DNA of 64,000 nucleotides from Emiliania huxleyi CCMP1516 (taxonomy: Eukaryota). The notes under the pieces are model-generated. The model ran no database searches and was not told the origin of the DNA. It saw only the letters and a list, made by a program, of their open reading frames with translations. The position numbers and the translations under genes are program-made. Of this stretch, positions 24,525-34,952 are shown one piece after another (positions within the stretch are counted from its first letter, which is position 1; every line of letters starts with the position of its first letter). The DNA lies in NCBI RefSeq assembly GCF_000372725.1, contig NW_005202428.1, positions 1,039,331 to 1,103,330 of the forward strand. The letters run 5' to 3'.

Positions 24525-24619
24525 TGCACCCACCGGCCGGTCTGGGCCCGCAGCTTTTACGCCGCGGCTTCTGCTCCAGGTCCCTTCCAAAATAAACCAA
24601 AACGAATCCCATATCGGAG

Positions 24620-24993
24620 AGGGTACGCGCCTCGATTTTCTTTGGCAGCAGCGGGTTCGACAGGTCTTCTCCGTGGCCTAGGCAGCCGTGTTCGCCCTTG
24701 CCCCAGGTGAAGACGGCGCCGTCCGCGGTGAGGGCGATGCTGTGCGCGCCTCCCAACAACGTAGCGACGACGCGCCGGCAAGCAAAGGCCTCGACCTCCT
24801 TGGGCAGCAGCTGGTCCTGCTGGTCGCCGTGGCCCAACTTGCCACATGTCGGCGGGGTCGCAGCGGGAGCGGGCGCGCAGGAGGAGCTCCGTGGGGAGGT
24901 CGAGGAGGCGGACGGGCGGCGGCGTGTTTGGCGAGGGAGCGGCGGTGGCGGCGGAGGCGAGGCGGGGCGAGCGGCGGCGCGGTGGGTGGACAT
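24620..24993 (-). pseudogene. Internally deleted F-box-like/RCC1-repeat gene fragment
   Basis: VRLLDLPTELLLRA in one frame joined directly to about 1.5 RCC1 repeats (GKLGHGDQQDQLLPKEVEAF...HSIALTADGAVFTWGKGEHGCLGHG) in another frame. Confidence 0.7.
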
Positions 24994-25242
24994 CGCGAGA
25001 AAAAGAAGCTTGCGGCAGGCCAAGAGAGGCGAGTAGAACATATACACATATATCCGAATCGAGAAAACAAGATTTAACTTCGCACCTGCTTGGGACCGGG
25101 ACTGGCGCGCACTTGCAGGTAGGTAGGTAGGTACTTGCACTATACTGGAAAAGAGAATTACCGCGCCGCGGCCCTGTCGACTGCCAACAGAGAACCCCGC
25201 TCGCGCAAGGGCCGTCCATCTCCCCGGCGAAAACATCCTGGC

Positions 25243-25863
25243 ATGAAGCGCAGCAGGTTGCGCTCCGACTGGGAGGAGGTCGTGGACGCGCAAACTGGGA
25301 GCACGTACTACTGGAATACTCGAACGAACGCAGTCTCATGGGATCGTCCCACGGAGGAGACGGCAACACCGCAGGATCCGACGGCACTGCAGCGTTCGGC
25401 GCATGAGCAACACGGCGGCAGGGGCGAGACACACGGCATCGGCGGCAGCGGCGGCAGCGGCGGCATCGGCGGCAGCGGCGGCAGCAGCGGTGCGAGCGGC
25501 GATAGCTGTGGTGGTGGCAGCAGCCGCGGTGGTGGCAGCAGCTGCGGTGGCGGCTGCGGTGGCAGCGATTATCCTGGTAGTGGCGGCAGCTCCGACCGCA
25601 GCAGCAGCAGTGGCGGCGGCGGCGGCGGCGGGAGCGCAAGCCACGGGCCGGGTACTGCGGCGGCCACCAGTCACGCCGGCCGTGCATCCGGCCAGCCTCC
25701 ACTCCTCGCGGCGCATCGCGCCCGCGCCGCCGCTCGCGCCTCGGAAGGCCCTGGCTGGTCGGACGACTGGTCGGCAGCTTCCCGCGCGCAAGAGTTGGAC
25801 GGCGGCTCGGAGCGGCAGGCCAAGTACCTGCGGCTGCTCGGCGCGGGGCGGAAGCAACGATGA
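25243..25863 (+). CDS. Small WW-domain protein with Gly/Ser linker and C-terminal SMAP-like motif
   Basis: DWEEVVDAQTGSTYYWNTRTNAVSWDRP; DDWSAA...SERQAKYLRLLGA. Confidence 0.75.
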   Translation: MKRSRLRSDWEEVVDAQTGSTYYWNTRTNAVSWDRPTEETATPQDPTALQRSAHEQHGGRGETHGIGGSGGSGGIGGSGGSSGASGDSCGGGSSRGGGSSCGGGCGGSDYPGSGGSSDRSSSSGGGGGGGSASHGPGTAAATSHAGRASGQPPLLAAHRARAAARASEGPGWSDDWSAASRAQELDGGSERQAKYLRLLGAGRKQR

Positions 25864-26070
25864 TCGGCCCCGATGAACTCTGCATTGCACTCTGCAATCT
25901 CAGGGTCACGGGCGCCGACCGCTCTCTCCAGCCTCCCTTGGCCTTGCTCCTAGGCCTAGCTAGGCGGCACCCTTTCTTAGGCACAGCCGGTGGAAAAAAT
26001 CAGCCGTTGAGCGTTGTGTGGGTTGACGGTTCGTGTTGTATCGCGATTAAACGCAAGCTGGGCGGCTCTG

Positions 26071-26520
26071 GGAGGGATGGGAGCAGGGAGGACCAGGTCC
26101 AGGACGGCACGCCGCCACCACACAGGGATTTTAAGGAGAGGAGTGTGGTGCTAGCCGTCGCCCACCCTAACCCTTGGTCGTCTGCCTCTTTCTATCTCCC
26201 TTCGCAGTCCCTCGCCGATTCTCGCTGCAACCTTCAAGCTTCATGCCACCTCGCGGTCGTCCCACTCTCGTCGACGTCGTTCTCCCTCCTGTCGCTTCCT
26301 CCTCTGTCGCGTCGCTCTCGTCTGCCTCGTCCTGCGACGCCGCCGCCGCCTGCCGATCCCTTGCTCTCGCGGCTTCTCCCGCCTTTCGGCGCAAAGAAAG
26401 AAAGAAAGAAAAGGGACAACCCAAGGGAGGGATGGGAGAACGGCACGCCGCCACCACACAGGGATTTTAAGGAGAGGAGTGTGGCTTTCGGCGCAATAAA
26501 ATAAATAAACAAAGTGCAAT
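26071..26520. repeat. Dispersed repeat family A, two tandem cores (other copies 46624-46890 and, inverted, 63413-63500)
   Basis: Core ACGGCACGCCGCCACCACACAGGGATTTTAAGGAGAGG(A/G)GTG at ~26104, ~26440, ~46642 and reverse at ~63415; ~240 bp shared between 26101-26343 and 46638-46871. Confidence 0.9.
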
Positions 26521-26655
26521 GGAAAATCCAAAATCCAAATCGCAAACATAGAAACCCAAACACACACAGCCACGTGGCATAGGAGAGCAGGAGGTGAAAG
26601 GAGGTCAGCACAACTTCCAAGGACGCACGAGCGAGAAGCACAGCAGAGCAGACAG

Positions 26656-28041
26656 ATGACGATCACCACCCAGCACACGACCGCCAACTCTCCGGCGCAG
26701 GCCGCGAAAAACCGAGTCCGGGGGCCGACGGTCGCGGCGCGCCGGCGCGGCGCAGTGGACGCAGCCCGGTTCGCAGCTTCGCGAGCTACGGGGGCGGCCA
26801 CGGCACGGCCCGGTGGCCGCCCCCGCAATGAGGCCAAGCGGTGGGCATCCGGCAAAAGCCGCAAGACGGGATTCGCGAAGGCGCGGGCCACCTTCCGCGG
26901 CGGAGGCCGCGGTAGCGCGGCGGCTGCGGAGAGGCACGACAGCATGATGACAAAAGCACGCTGGCGGGGCACCGAGGCAATCGCAAGGGAGACCCCAGCG
27001 GGCTCTTTGTCGGTCGCATCGATGCCGCAACGCAAGGACTAAGCAAATGACGCCGAGCACCACGGCAAGTTCCAGGTGTGGCTCCAGGCAGGCAGCTTCC
27101 AAGGCAAGGCGCGTGATGGTGCGGCGGTGCGGGCAGAGCACGCCGCTCCCTTAGGCTCACACGTGTGGTTGTCTTTATAGGAGCGGCAGCAGCGGGTGAG
27201 CGCGCAGTACGAGAAGCGGGTGCTGGGCTTCGATGCGTGGCTTCAAAAGCAGGGGTATCCGTCCTTCTGCAAGGTGGTGATGGAAAACGGCCTCGCCAAG
27301 CTGGAGATCATCGTTGATGCGGTCACCGGGCTTCCGCGTGTGTTTGCGGTGGAGGCGTGGATTGAGTTCTGCATCGGCATGATGACCGGCGATGTGGAGA
27401 AGGGCGGATGCAGGGAGCTGCGAGCTAACACGGAGCTGTACGCCACGGCGCTCCATGGCCGCTCGCAGGCGGAGGTCCAGATGCCGCTCGAGAAGAAGGG
27501 GAAGTTTGGGTGGGGGCCATACAAAGACGATCCCTTCAAGCTGCAGAGCATCCAGCAGTACGCGACGGCATTGCGCATTTGGGTCAAGGAGGAGCTGCGA
27601 CGCTGGCCAGGCGTGAACGTGGCCAATCCGATGTACGACGGGTGGACTGCGGCTGTGATGAAGTACGTGCAGAGTGAGCTGCCCGTAGCGCGTGTGGAGA
27701 AGCGGCTGCCGCCGGCGCTGACGACTGGCGTCTTCAACGAGATGATCAAGCACATCGACCCGACGTCGCAACGCGAGATGTCAGCGGGGCTGTACCTAGA
27801 GGGGGGCACTGTCCATGGCGATCGGGCGCACGACTACTTCCTTCTCGATCGGAAAAACGTGCGCAAGCTTGCTCCGACCGACGACGACCCGGACCAGAAG
27901 CCGGGCGTGATGATCTCTCACGAGTCGACCAAGAACAACAAGCGGCGCGAGGAGCGGCACAAGGGGCTTGCCTGTCCCACGTGGTGCAACCAGGAGGTGG
28001 CATTTACGGAGGATGGCCAGCTTGACGCGAAGAAGATGTGA
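26656..28041 (+). mobile_element. Spliced, 3'-truncated tyrosine recombinase gene (Crypton/DIRS-like remnant)
   Basis: SIQQYATALRIW...NP (core-binding domain), PALTTGVFNEMI, LEGGTVHGDRAHDYFLLDRKNV (box I Arg), ISHESTKN (catalytic Lys), LACP; HxxR and catalytic Tyr absent; in-phase intron predicted 27037-27180. Confidence 0.6.
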
Positions 28042-28199
28042 ATAAATAAAAACGGACACCTCTCTACTGTGAGATGGAATAAATACAACGGACATCCCAA
28101 GCTAGGGCTGGGTCGAGGACAGACACGTCCCCACCTTTGCAGGATTTTGCAAAAGCGAGGGGGGAGGGCGCATCGCCAATAAATAAAACGGGCACGCCA

Positions 28200-28270
28200 A
28201 ACGAGGGGTGGGAGAGGGACAGGGTCCCCACCTGCACGAGCAGGATCTTGGAAGGACGATCAGGGACACA
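28200..28270. repeat. Dispersed repeat family B (other copies ~46457-46506 and, inverted, ~61430-61490)
   Basis: GACAGGGTCCCCACCTGCACGAGCAGGAT(C/T)TTGGAAGGACGATCA seen three times. Confidence 0.9.
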
Positions 28271-28414
28271 GGGGAACGGGAGCGGGGAGCGCATCGCGAC
28301 ACGGAGGGGCAAGTCAGGCAGGGGGGACCCCGACGGGTTTCTTTCGCGCTGCATCTGCCCTCACCTCTCTGGTGGTCCTACCTCAGCGCTCCCCATCGGC
28401 TGGCTGCGACCGCG

Positions 28415-30183
28415 ATGCCGCTCTCCAAGGACGACGTCTCCGGGATCGAGACTGTCGCGCACTACACGCACGACGAGGACCAGGCCTACCTGATGCTCTA
28501 TGGTGCGCCCCGCTTCCCGCAGCCTTGCCGGGAGGGTGGGAGAACGAAACTGGCGCGCGTGGCGTTTGCGCACCGCGAAGAGAGGGCGGTGCGTCGAGGC
28601 GCCTTAGCCAGCGTCGCTGCGCGGGACGGCTTGGAGCCTGCGCGGCTCGGCGGTGGGATCGGTCTGGAGGGGCGAGTGGGGATAGCGCGGTGAGCGGGCG
28701 TTGCGCGGCGTCCCTTGCAGGTGAGGGCGTCTTCGAGACGATCCCGATCGAGGCTGATTACACGGTGACCGCCCGGTGAGAGTCCGTGTCTACCCTGCTT
28801 GCCACGCCCACGCCTCCCACCCACGTCCCTGCAGGTTGGCGACATGAAGCTGTGGCTCAACTTTCACAAGGGAAAGGCGCCGCAGCCGCCACAGCGCCGC
28901 CCCCGGCCGTCAGCGCCGCCTCGCCGACACACGCCCCGCCGACACACGCCGCGCGCGCGCACCATCGCCCCTGCCTTCCGCCGCCCTGCCTCCCGCGCGA
29001 CCAGCTCCACGCCTCTCGCTTCGCCTGAGCACGCCTTCGAACACGCTCGTGCTTCCTCTCCCCTAACCGCCGCGGCCCTCTCCTCCCCTCAAAGGACCCT
29101 GCGGAGTACGACCTTGTCGGGCCGAAGGGCTGCTGGAAGATGGGGGCTGGCTCCGAAGTGCTGGGCGACGAGGTCGTCATCTCGGAGGCGCATGCGCCGC
29201 TCCCACCCCCTCTAATTGCACGCCTTATCCCTGAGGAAAAATCCTTCTACTCTGTTGATTATAGGACTTTCCTTCGGTCTAAATCCGGACTGGAGGTCCC
29301 CCGAACATCCCTTGGCCAATTCAGGGTCCCAGGCCCCGTACCCGCAGTCTTCCGCGTCCTCCCCCAGTCCCCCTGAAGGGTTCCCCGGTGANNNNNNNNN
29401 NNNNNNNNNNNNNNNNNNNNNNNNNNNNNNNNNNNNNNNNNNNNNNNNNNNNNNNNNNNNNNNNNNNNNNNNNNNNNNNNNNNNNNNNNNNGGCCCCGCC
29501 GTCGGGGGGAGCGGGCAACAGATCCACCGCCCCCACGCCGATCCGAGACGAGACGAGACCGCTCGCATCGCTGTCTCACTCCCCTCGCTCGCCTCCGCCG
29601 CCCAGCTGCAGCCGTCCCCACCTCCGCCCTCGCCGCCCCCACCCGTCCCCGCCACCACCGTCGACGCCGCCGCCTCTCTACCACCGCCCTCCTGATCCCT
29701 CCCTCACCGCCACTGCCCTCACCGCCACAACCGCCACAACCGCCACAACCGCCACAACCGCCCTCCGTGCGCAGGTGATGGGTGAGCGGTTTGAAAACAA
29801 GTGGCTCATGCAGGTGACGAGACCTCCTCCTGACCCCCTCCGAGACCCCTCCAGGACCCCCCCCAGAGGCCCTCGCGAGACACGCGCGGGCCGGCCCGTC
29901 GCGAGGCCACCTCTCGAGCACCTGCGAGAGAGAGAGAGCCGCCACTGCGCCCGCGCTGCCACGGCCGCCAAGCTGCTTCCTTCCCACGGCTGCCTCCCCC
30001 GCCCCTCGCTCGCAGCTGTCTCTCTTCCCGAAGAAGAAGTCGGAGGCTTCGGGCCAGTGGGAGTCGACCTTCGAGACGATCGAGGAGTGGGTGCCGCCGC
30101 CGCCCGAGGAGGCGTGGGACGAGGAGGACGACGACGAGGAGAAGTGGAAGAAGGACGTCGAAAAGTCCGAGGCGGACAACTGA
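28415..30183 (+). CDS. Hypothetical small acidic protein, many short exons, spans the assembly gap
   Basis: Exon-like pieces MPLSKDDVSGIETVAHYTHDEDQAYLMLYG|EGVFETIPIEADYTVTAR|VGDMKLWLNFHK|...|VMGERFENKWLMQ|LSLFPKKKSEASGQWESTFETIEEW...DN* mostly bounded by GT...AG. Confidence 0.5.
29392..29491. other. Assembly gap (100 N)
   Basis: Run of N. Confidence 1.
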
Positions 30184-31695
30184 GTGCTTTGCAAGCGCCG
30201 ACGAGTGCCATGTTGCGCGCCGCGTGCGAAGGGGGGGGGCGCGTTCGCACATTCAGGATAGCGAGCGTATTGCGCCACAGAACTGCCAACCGATGGCGTG
30301 GCTACTGGCCAGAGTTGCGCACCGCCCACGGGCGCAACCGGCTTGGGTAAGAGGCGCATATGCAGCATGTGGTTGTTCTCTGATAGAATGTGTATCTTTC
30401 GAGCATACTCGAGTAAAATGTCTCATAAGCCTAGGGGTACCCTAAGCCCGAGGCGAACGCCGAGGTCTCTGTGCGAGGCCGAGGGGGGTGCGGGGCCGGG
30501 GGTCGCCCCGCTCGCTCCCGCACGGGCCGCACCGGCGGGACGCGGGGACACCAGCGATGTGTGCGCACAAGGACCCAACGCGCCTTGTACGCGTACAGCA
30601 CAACACACACAGACGGAAGAGAGAGCCCTGTCTCTCAAACTGCGAGTGCTATGCCGATGGTACACTCCGCACGCTAGACAGCCCTCTCGCACACCTTACA
30701 CACGTCACAACTCACATCGGCGCGCGTGCTCGGCAAAGATCAAAAACGGAAACCAATAGGAAGGAACCAAAATTCATAGCTCAACTAAGTGATTGGATAC
30801 ATAAGTGCCGATATGCTGTCCATCTAGCCGATCGGAGGAGGCGGCTATGCAGATCATGAGCTGTGAGCGTCAGGGCGGAGCACGGAGCAGGCAGTTGATC
30901 CGTCGACATCACAAGCCCCACCGTCGACGAGCTGCTGTAGCGGTCAAGTGATCGACAGCAGCAAGCGCGATGATCACGGCAGCGCGGTGCGCGGTGGTGA
31001 TGCCGCTGATGGACGAGCGAGGCATCCTTTGGAAGGATTCGTCGGACCTTTTACTTCTGTTTCCGGATAAATTGGTTTATTTTATGTATTTAGTTTAGGT
31101 TTGTTGTTGGCAAATCAGGACACAGAGCTCACGCAAATTCACAGTGGGAGGAAAGCGGCGAGTCGCATTTCCCGGGGTCCTTGTGGCGGGCCATTATACA
31201 TGTGTCTTGGTTTGCCAACAACATACCTAAAACTAAAAAAAATGTCATAGGTCTGTTGTTGGCAAGAGGACAGAGAGAGCTCACACACGATCACAGCTCA
31301 CACACGCACGATCACATGGACAAACAAACAATAAAAATCTCTCTCACATGGAACGAATCTAATACATGGAGAGGAAAGCGAACGCAGTAACGCGAGTCGC
31401 TTTCAATCGTCGATCGAATCTAATAACTAATGTGTCTTTCACACAAGCTCGTACTTGCACTAGTAAAGTAGGTAGGGGACAACGACCGGACCTTTTCAAA
31501 CTCGGTGTCGAACCACCAGCGACACGCGCACTACGGTTAAGGGAATGGCCAAAAGTGAAAAGAGGGGGGCGTGCCCTCCCCTGCCTTCCCCTGCCCCCCC
31601 CCCCCCCCACACCCCCACACACATACACCCTCCCCATCTCCTCCCCTCCACTGCCCTACCCTGCCCTCCCGTGTCATCCTAAGGCCTCTGTGCGC

Positions 31696-32694
31696 CAGGC
31701 ATACTGTGGTGCTGGGGGCACTTGGGATGATGACATTGAGGAGTTGCGTTTCTTCTTGCTGGTGGTCAACGCATGGCACACGTACAACGCCGAGGTGGTC
31801 GGCCCTGGTTTACCGGCAGTTGGTGACGAGTCACGCAGCAAATGGGGCATGTCACACCAGGCGTTGTTCGATTTCAATTTGCAGGTGTGAGTGTGTGATT
31901 GGTAGCATGAGTGGTAGGAGTGCACAGCCTCATGCTCCGCATGGTTGGCATGTATGGCAGATCGATGGGTTCTTGGGGTTCTTGGAGGACCAGATGGAAG
32001 TGCACGGCAGCGTGCGCGTGCGCGCTAGTTATCTTAGCCAGGTGCATTTGGCCCATTGGTGCTTCCCTTGGAAAGCACATCACTTCACGTGTCTGCCTTT
32101 GTGGTATGCACAGGATTCATTGGAGTCCTTATTCGCGGCGATCAGGCAAAACGCTGGTGGGGGGCGTGACGTGAAGGTGATGTACGCATGCCGGCCAGCC
32201 GAGATGCAGCGTGCCACCCTGCGGAGGACGACAGAGGCACGCAAGAAAGCAGCGAACAGTGGAGTCAACGATGAGGCGCCAACTACCAACAGGTGTGCAT
32301 CTCATGTGGCACACACAGCAAGTAGCTCACGTGCCAAGTCCCATCACATCATAATGTGGGGCATCTATGCTTGAATGTGCTGGACAGTTCCAAGAAGAAG
32401 CCCAAGCTAAAGGGGTCGACCGCGGGCCGGCGTTGGTGGTTCCGCACGCCCATGGGGTTTGACATGTCATGGAAGTCTCTTCTCAACAGCGGCCCTCGGG
32501 ACCCTGTTGCCATCTCATGGACCACCATGCGCATGATCCAACAAGCAGACCAAAGTAGGTTGCTCAAGGCATTCCCGCACATTTCACCACGTCATTTCGC
32601 TAGGACGGCGTTTGATAGAATGGATGTAGGGCTTGCAAGTGACATCTGTAGCGGGCGCACTGCTTGTGGGTTGCGAAAGTTGCGCGCACCTTGA
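31696..32694 (+). mobile_element. P-element/THAP9-like transposase remnants, intron-containing
   Basis: Spliced ...LFDFNLQ|IDGFLGFL...ASYLSQ|DSLESLFAAIRQNAGG (QDxLExxFxxIRQ catalytic-Glu motif) and ISWTTMRMIQQAD...FPHISPRHF...FDRMDVGLASDICS (GTP-binding insertion motif). Confidence 0.7.
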
Positions 32695-32987
32695 GACGTG
32701 TGAGGCCAAACACGCAGTCAGCTTGTCGTGGCGACTGGCGTGTTATTTTCTTTGTTCACTCGTAGCGTAGAGCGGTTGTGCAATAGTGTCCACATAACCG
32801 TATGAGCAGCTCGAACGATAGGCACCCGAGCAGATTGAGAAGTCAGCAAAAATATAGATTTAGATTGCGTTTCTAGTAGATTGAGCTTTGAGGCAATTGT
32901 AACTACAGATTATAGGTGCGCCTCGCGATCGCGCCTTGTCCGCGCCTCGATCGCGCCTCGACTGCGCGCCAACACCCCCTGAGTCTA

Positions 32988-33220
32988 CCCCAGGCCATTC
33001 TCCCCCAGGCGATTCGTCTCCCCCAGGCGATTCGTCTCCCCCAGCGCCCAGGCGATTCGTCTCCCCCAGGCGATTCGTCTCCCCCCTCCCCCAGGCGATT
33101 CGTCTCCCCCCTCCCCCAGGCGATTCGTCTCCCCCAGGCCATTCTCCCCCAGGCGATTCGTCTCCCCCAGGCCATTCTCCCCCAGGCGATTCGTCTCCCC
33201 CAGGCGATTCGTCTCCCCAG
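32988..33220. repeat. Minisatellite of 15-25-bp variants of CCCCCAGGCGATTCGTCT
   Basis: About 12 abutting units with no unique spacers. Confidence 0.9.
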
Positions 33221-34952
33221 GAAGACATGGCCAAGGGGGGCGACTTCCGTTTTGCAACTGCCTTTGCGCTCGACTGGTTCCGACGGGGCTAATTGCGACG
33301 GCATGTAGGTCTGCCCGAGGGAGCTCAGCTGATGAGACTTCGTCCTCCAGTAGCTAGCTCAAAGACAGCTTTGCAATGAAGGAAAACTCCCTCTTTGCAA
33401 TTGGTACGCATGTGAGGATGGACCCCACAAGGAGGAGCAAGTAGTTGACCAGCACACCAGACCTTTCGCGCCCTGGGAGCTGGGTGGGACAAATTGTAAC
33501 GTGTTTACAAGATCACACGCGCGCGCACACCACACACACACTCCGCGTTCGTCCGGATCGCGTCCCCACACCCGACTTGTGTGAGATGTTTTGTCGTTCG
33601 TGATGAGTACGACAAAACACCTCACGCAAGTCTCGTCTGAAAGTTCGAACTAACGGCGCTACGGACCATGCCACATGCCTCCACGCCCTGCTACCAAGAC
33701 ACGGACCAACACGCGGCTGCACGCCAAGTGCAACCGCGAGCGCGCGCGCCACATCCAGCCGCTCCCGCGCGGCAGGCGCAATCCTCCGCATCCGCGCCGC
33801 CTCCTGCGGCGCCAGCACGGCCAAGATTCGACGCGCAGCTTGACCCTGCGTGCAAGTCGCACGACGCTCAAAATGAGCGCCGAGCGTGTGCGCGGTGGGT
33901 GTGCTGGGATGTTCGAGGGCGGCGGTCCTGAGCTCGTCAGAGGTCGCGCTCGCCACGGTGATCACCGCCGTGCCCGACCCTGCCACGACAAGCGCGCGCA
34001 GGCAGCACAATCATGCAAGATGCATGACATGAGGGCGTGTCGCCTGGCGACGCTGCTGACTACTGAATGGGGCCAACTTGCAGCCCCTCCCGTCGGCTTG
34101 TGCGGCGTCGGATAGACGCTCCAACCAGCGTCATACACCAACGGCATCCCCGCCGGTGTATGACGCCAGTCGGGAGGTCACGACGAGCCCATCCGCGGCG
34201 CTGGCGCGGGCCGCACGAGTCGCGGGGTACGGGGCGTGGACCCTGAGTTGACCAGGGGTTGTGCGCTGGGCCCTCCTGCTCGGCTTTAGCCAGTAGACAA
34301 GTCTTGTCATCAACAGAGTAGAAGGATCTTACCTCGGGGCTAATGTGACCAAGCGCTGGTAGCGTGGTTTAACCTCACACCCATGGTCTCACAGTGTGCC
34401 GGCAGTCGCCGAGCAGTGTCGCTCACACAAGCCGCAGCACAAGTGACTGAGGGCCAGTGAGGGCGAGCCCATCGCTGTGACAGCTGTGGCAGCCGCACAG
34501 TAGGCTGTGTCAACTGTGCAGAGTGTGTGAGCAGCAGAGGAGCTGCTCTCCAGGCTTCAGGCGCAAAGAGCTGCATGCCACCGAAAGCGCTGTCGAGGTT
34601 CGCCGAGCGCGGCGCAGGTTGGAGGACGCCGTCACCGACGAGCGCGTTGGACTTTTCACTCCGGACAAAGACGGGTACACGCACACGAGCCGCGGTCGTA
34701 TACCCGTCTTAGCGGCGAGGCGCGGGACCGTCTGTGGCGAAGTGGGTCGCGTCCTCCGATTTCCTCAACTCACGGTCCGCTCCCTCTACTGAAAAGCGTT
34801 AGTTACATTACAGTCAGTGGGGAAGGGCCCTACTACTGAACCACCCAGGGCTGCACCTACCCATCTATGTGGCTGGCGCAAAGCGTTAAACTTAAAGACC
34901 GACTATACGTGCGTGCGGCTGCCATGTGCCGAGATCACAATAAAAACCGAGA

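Noticed and set aside
32988..33220. CRISPR-like repeat array
   Set aside because: Units abut without unique spacers; no cas genes; eukaryotic context
33325..33365. CTGATGAG followed by a small stem, as in a hammerhead ribozyme
   Set aside because: No GAAA directly after stem II and no recognisable stems I/III
33360..34800. Short ORFs between the minisatellite and the His-motif gene
   Set aside because: No recognisable motifs or consistent exon structure
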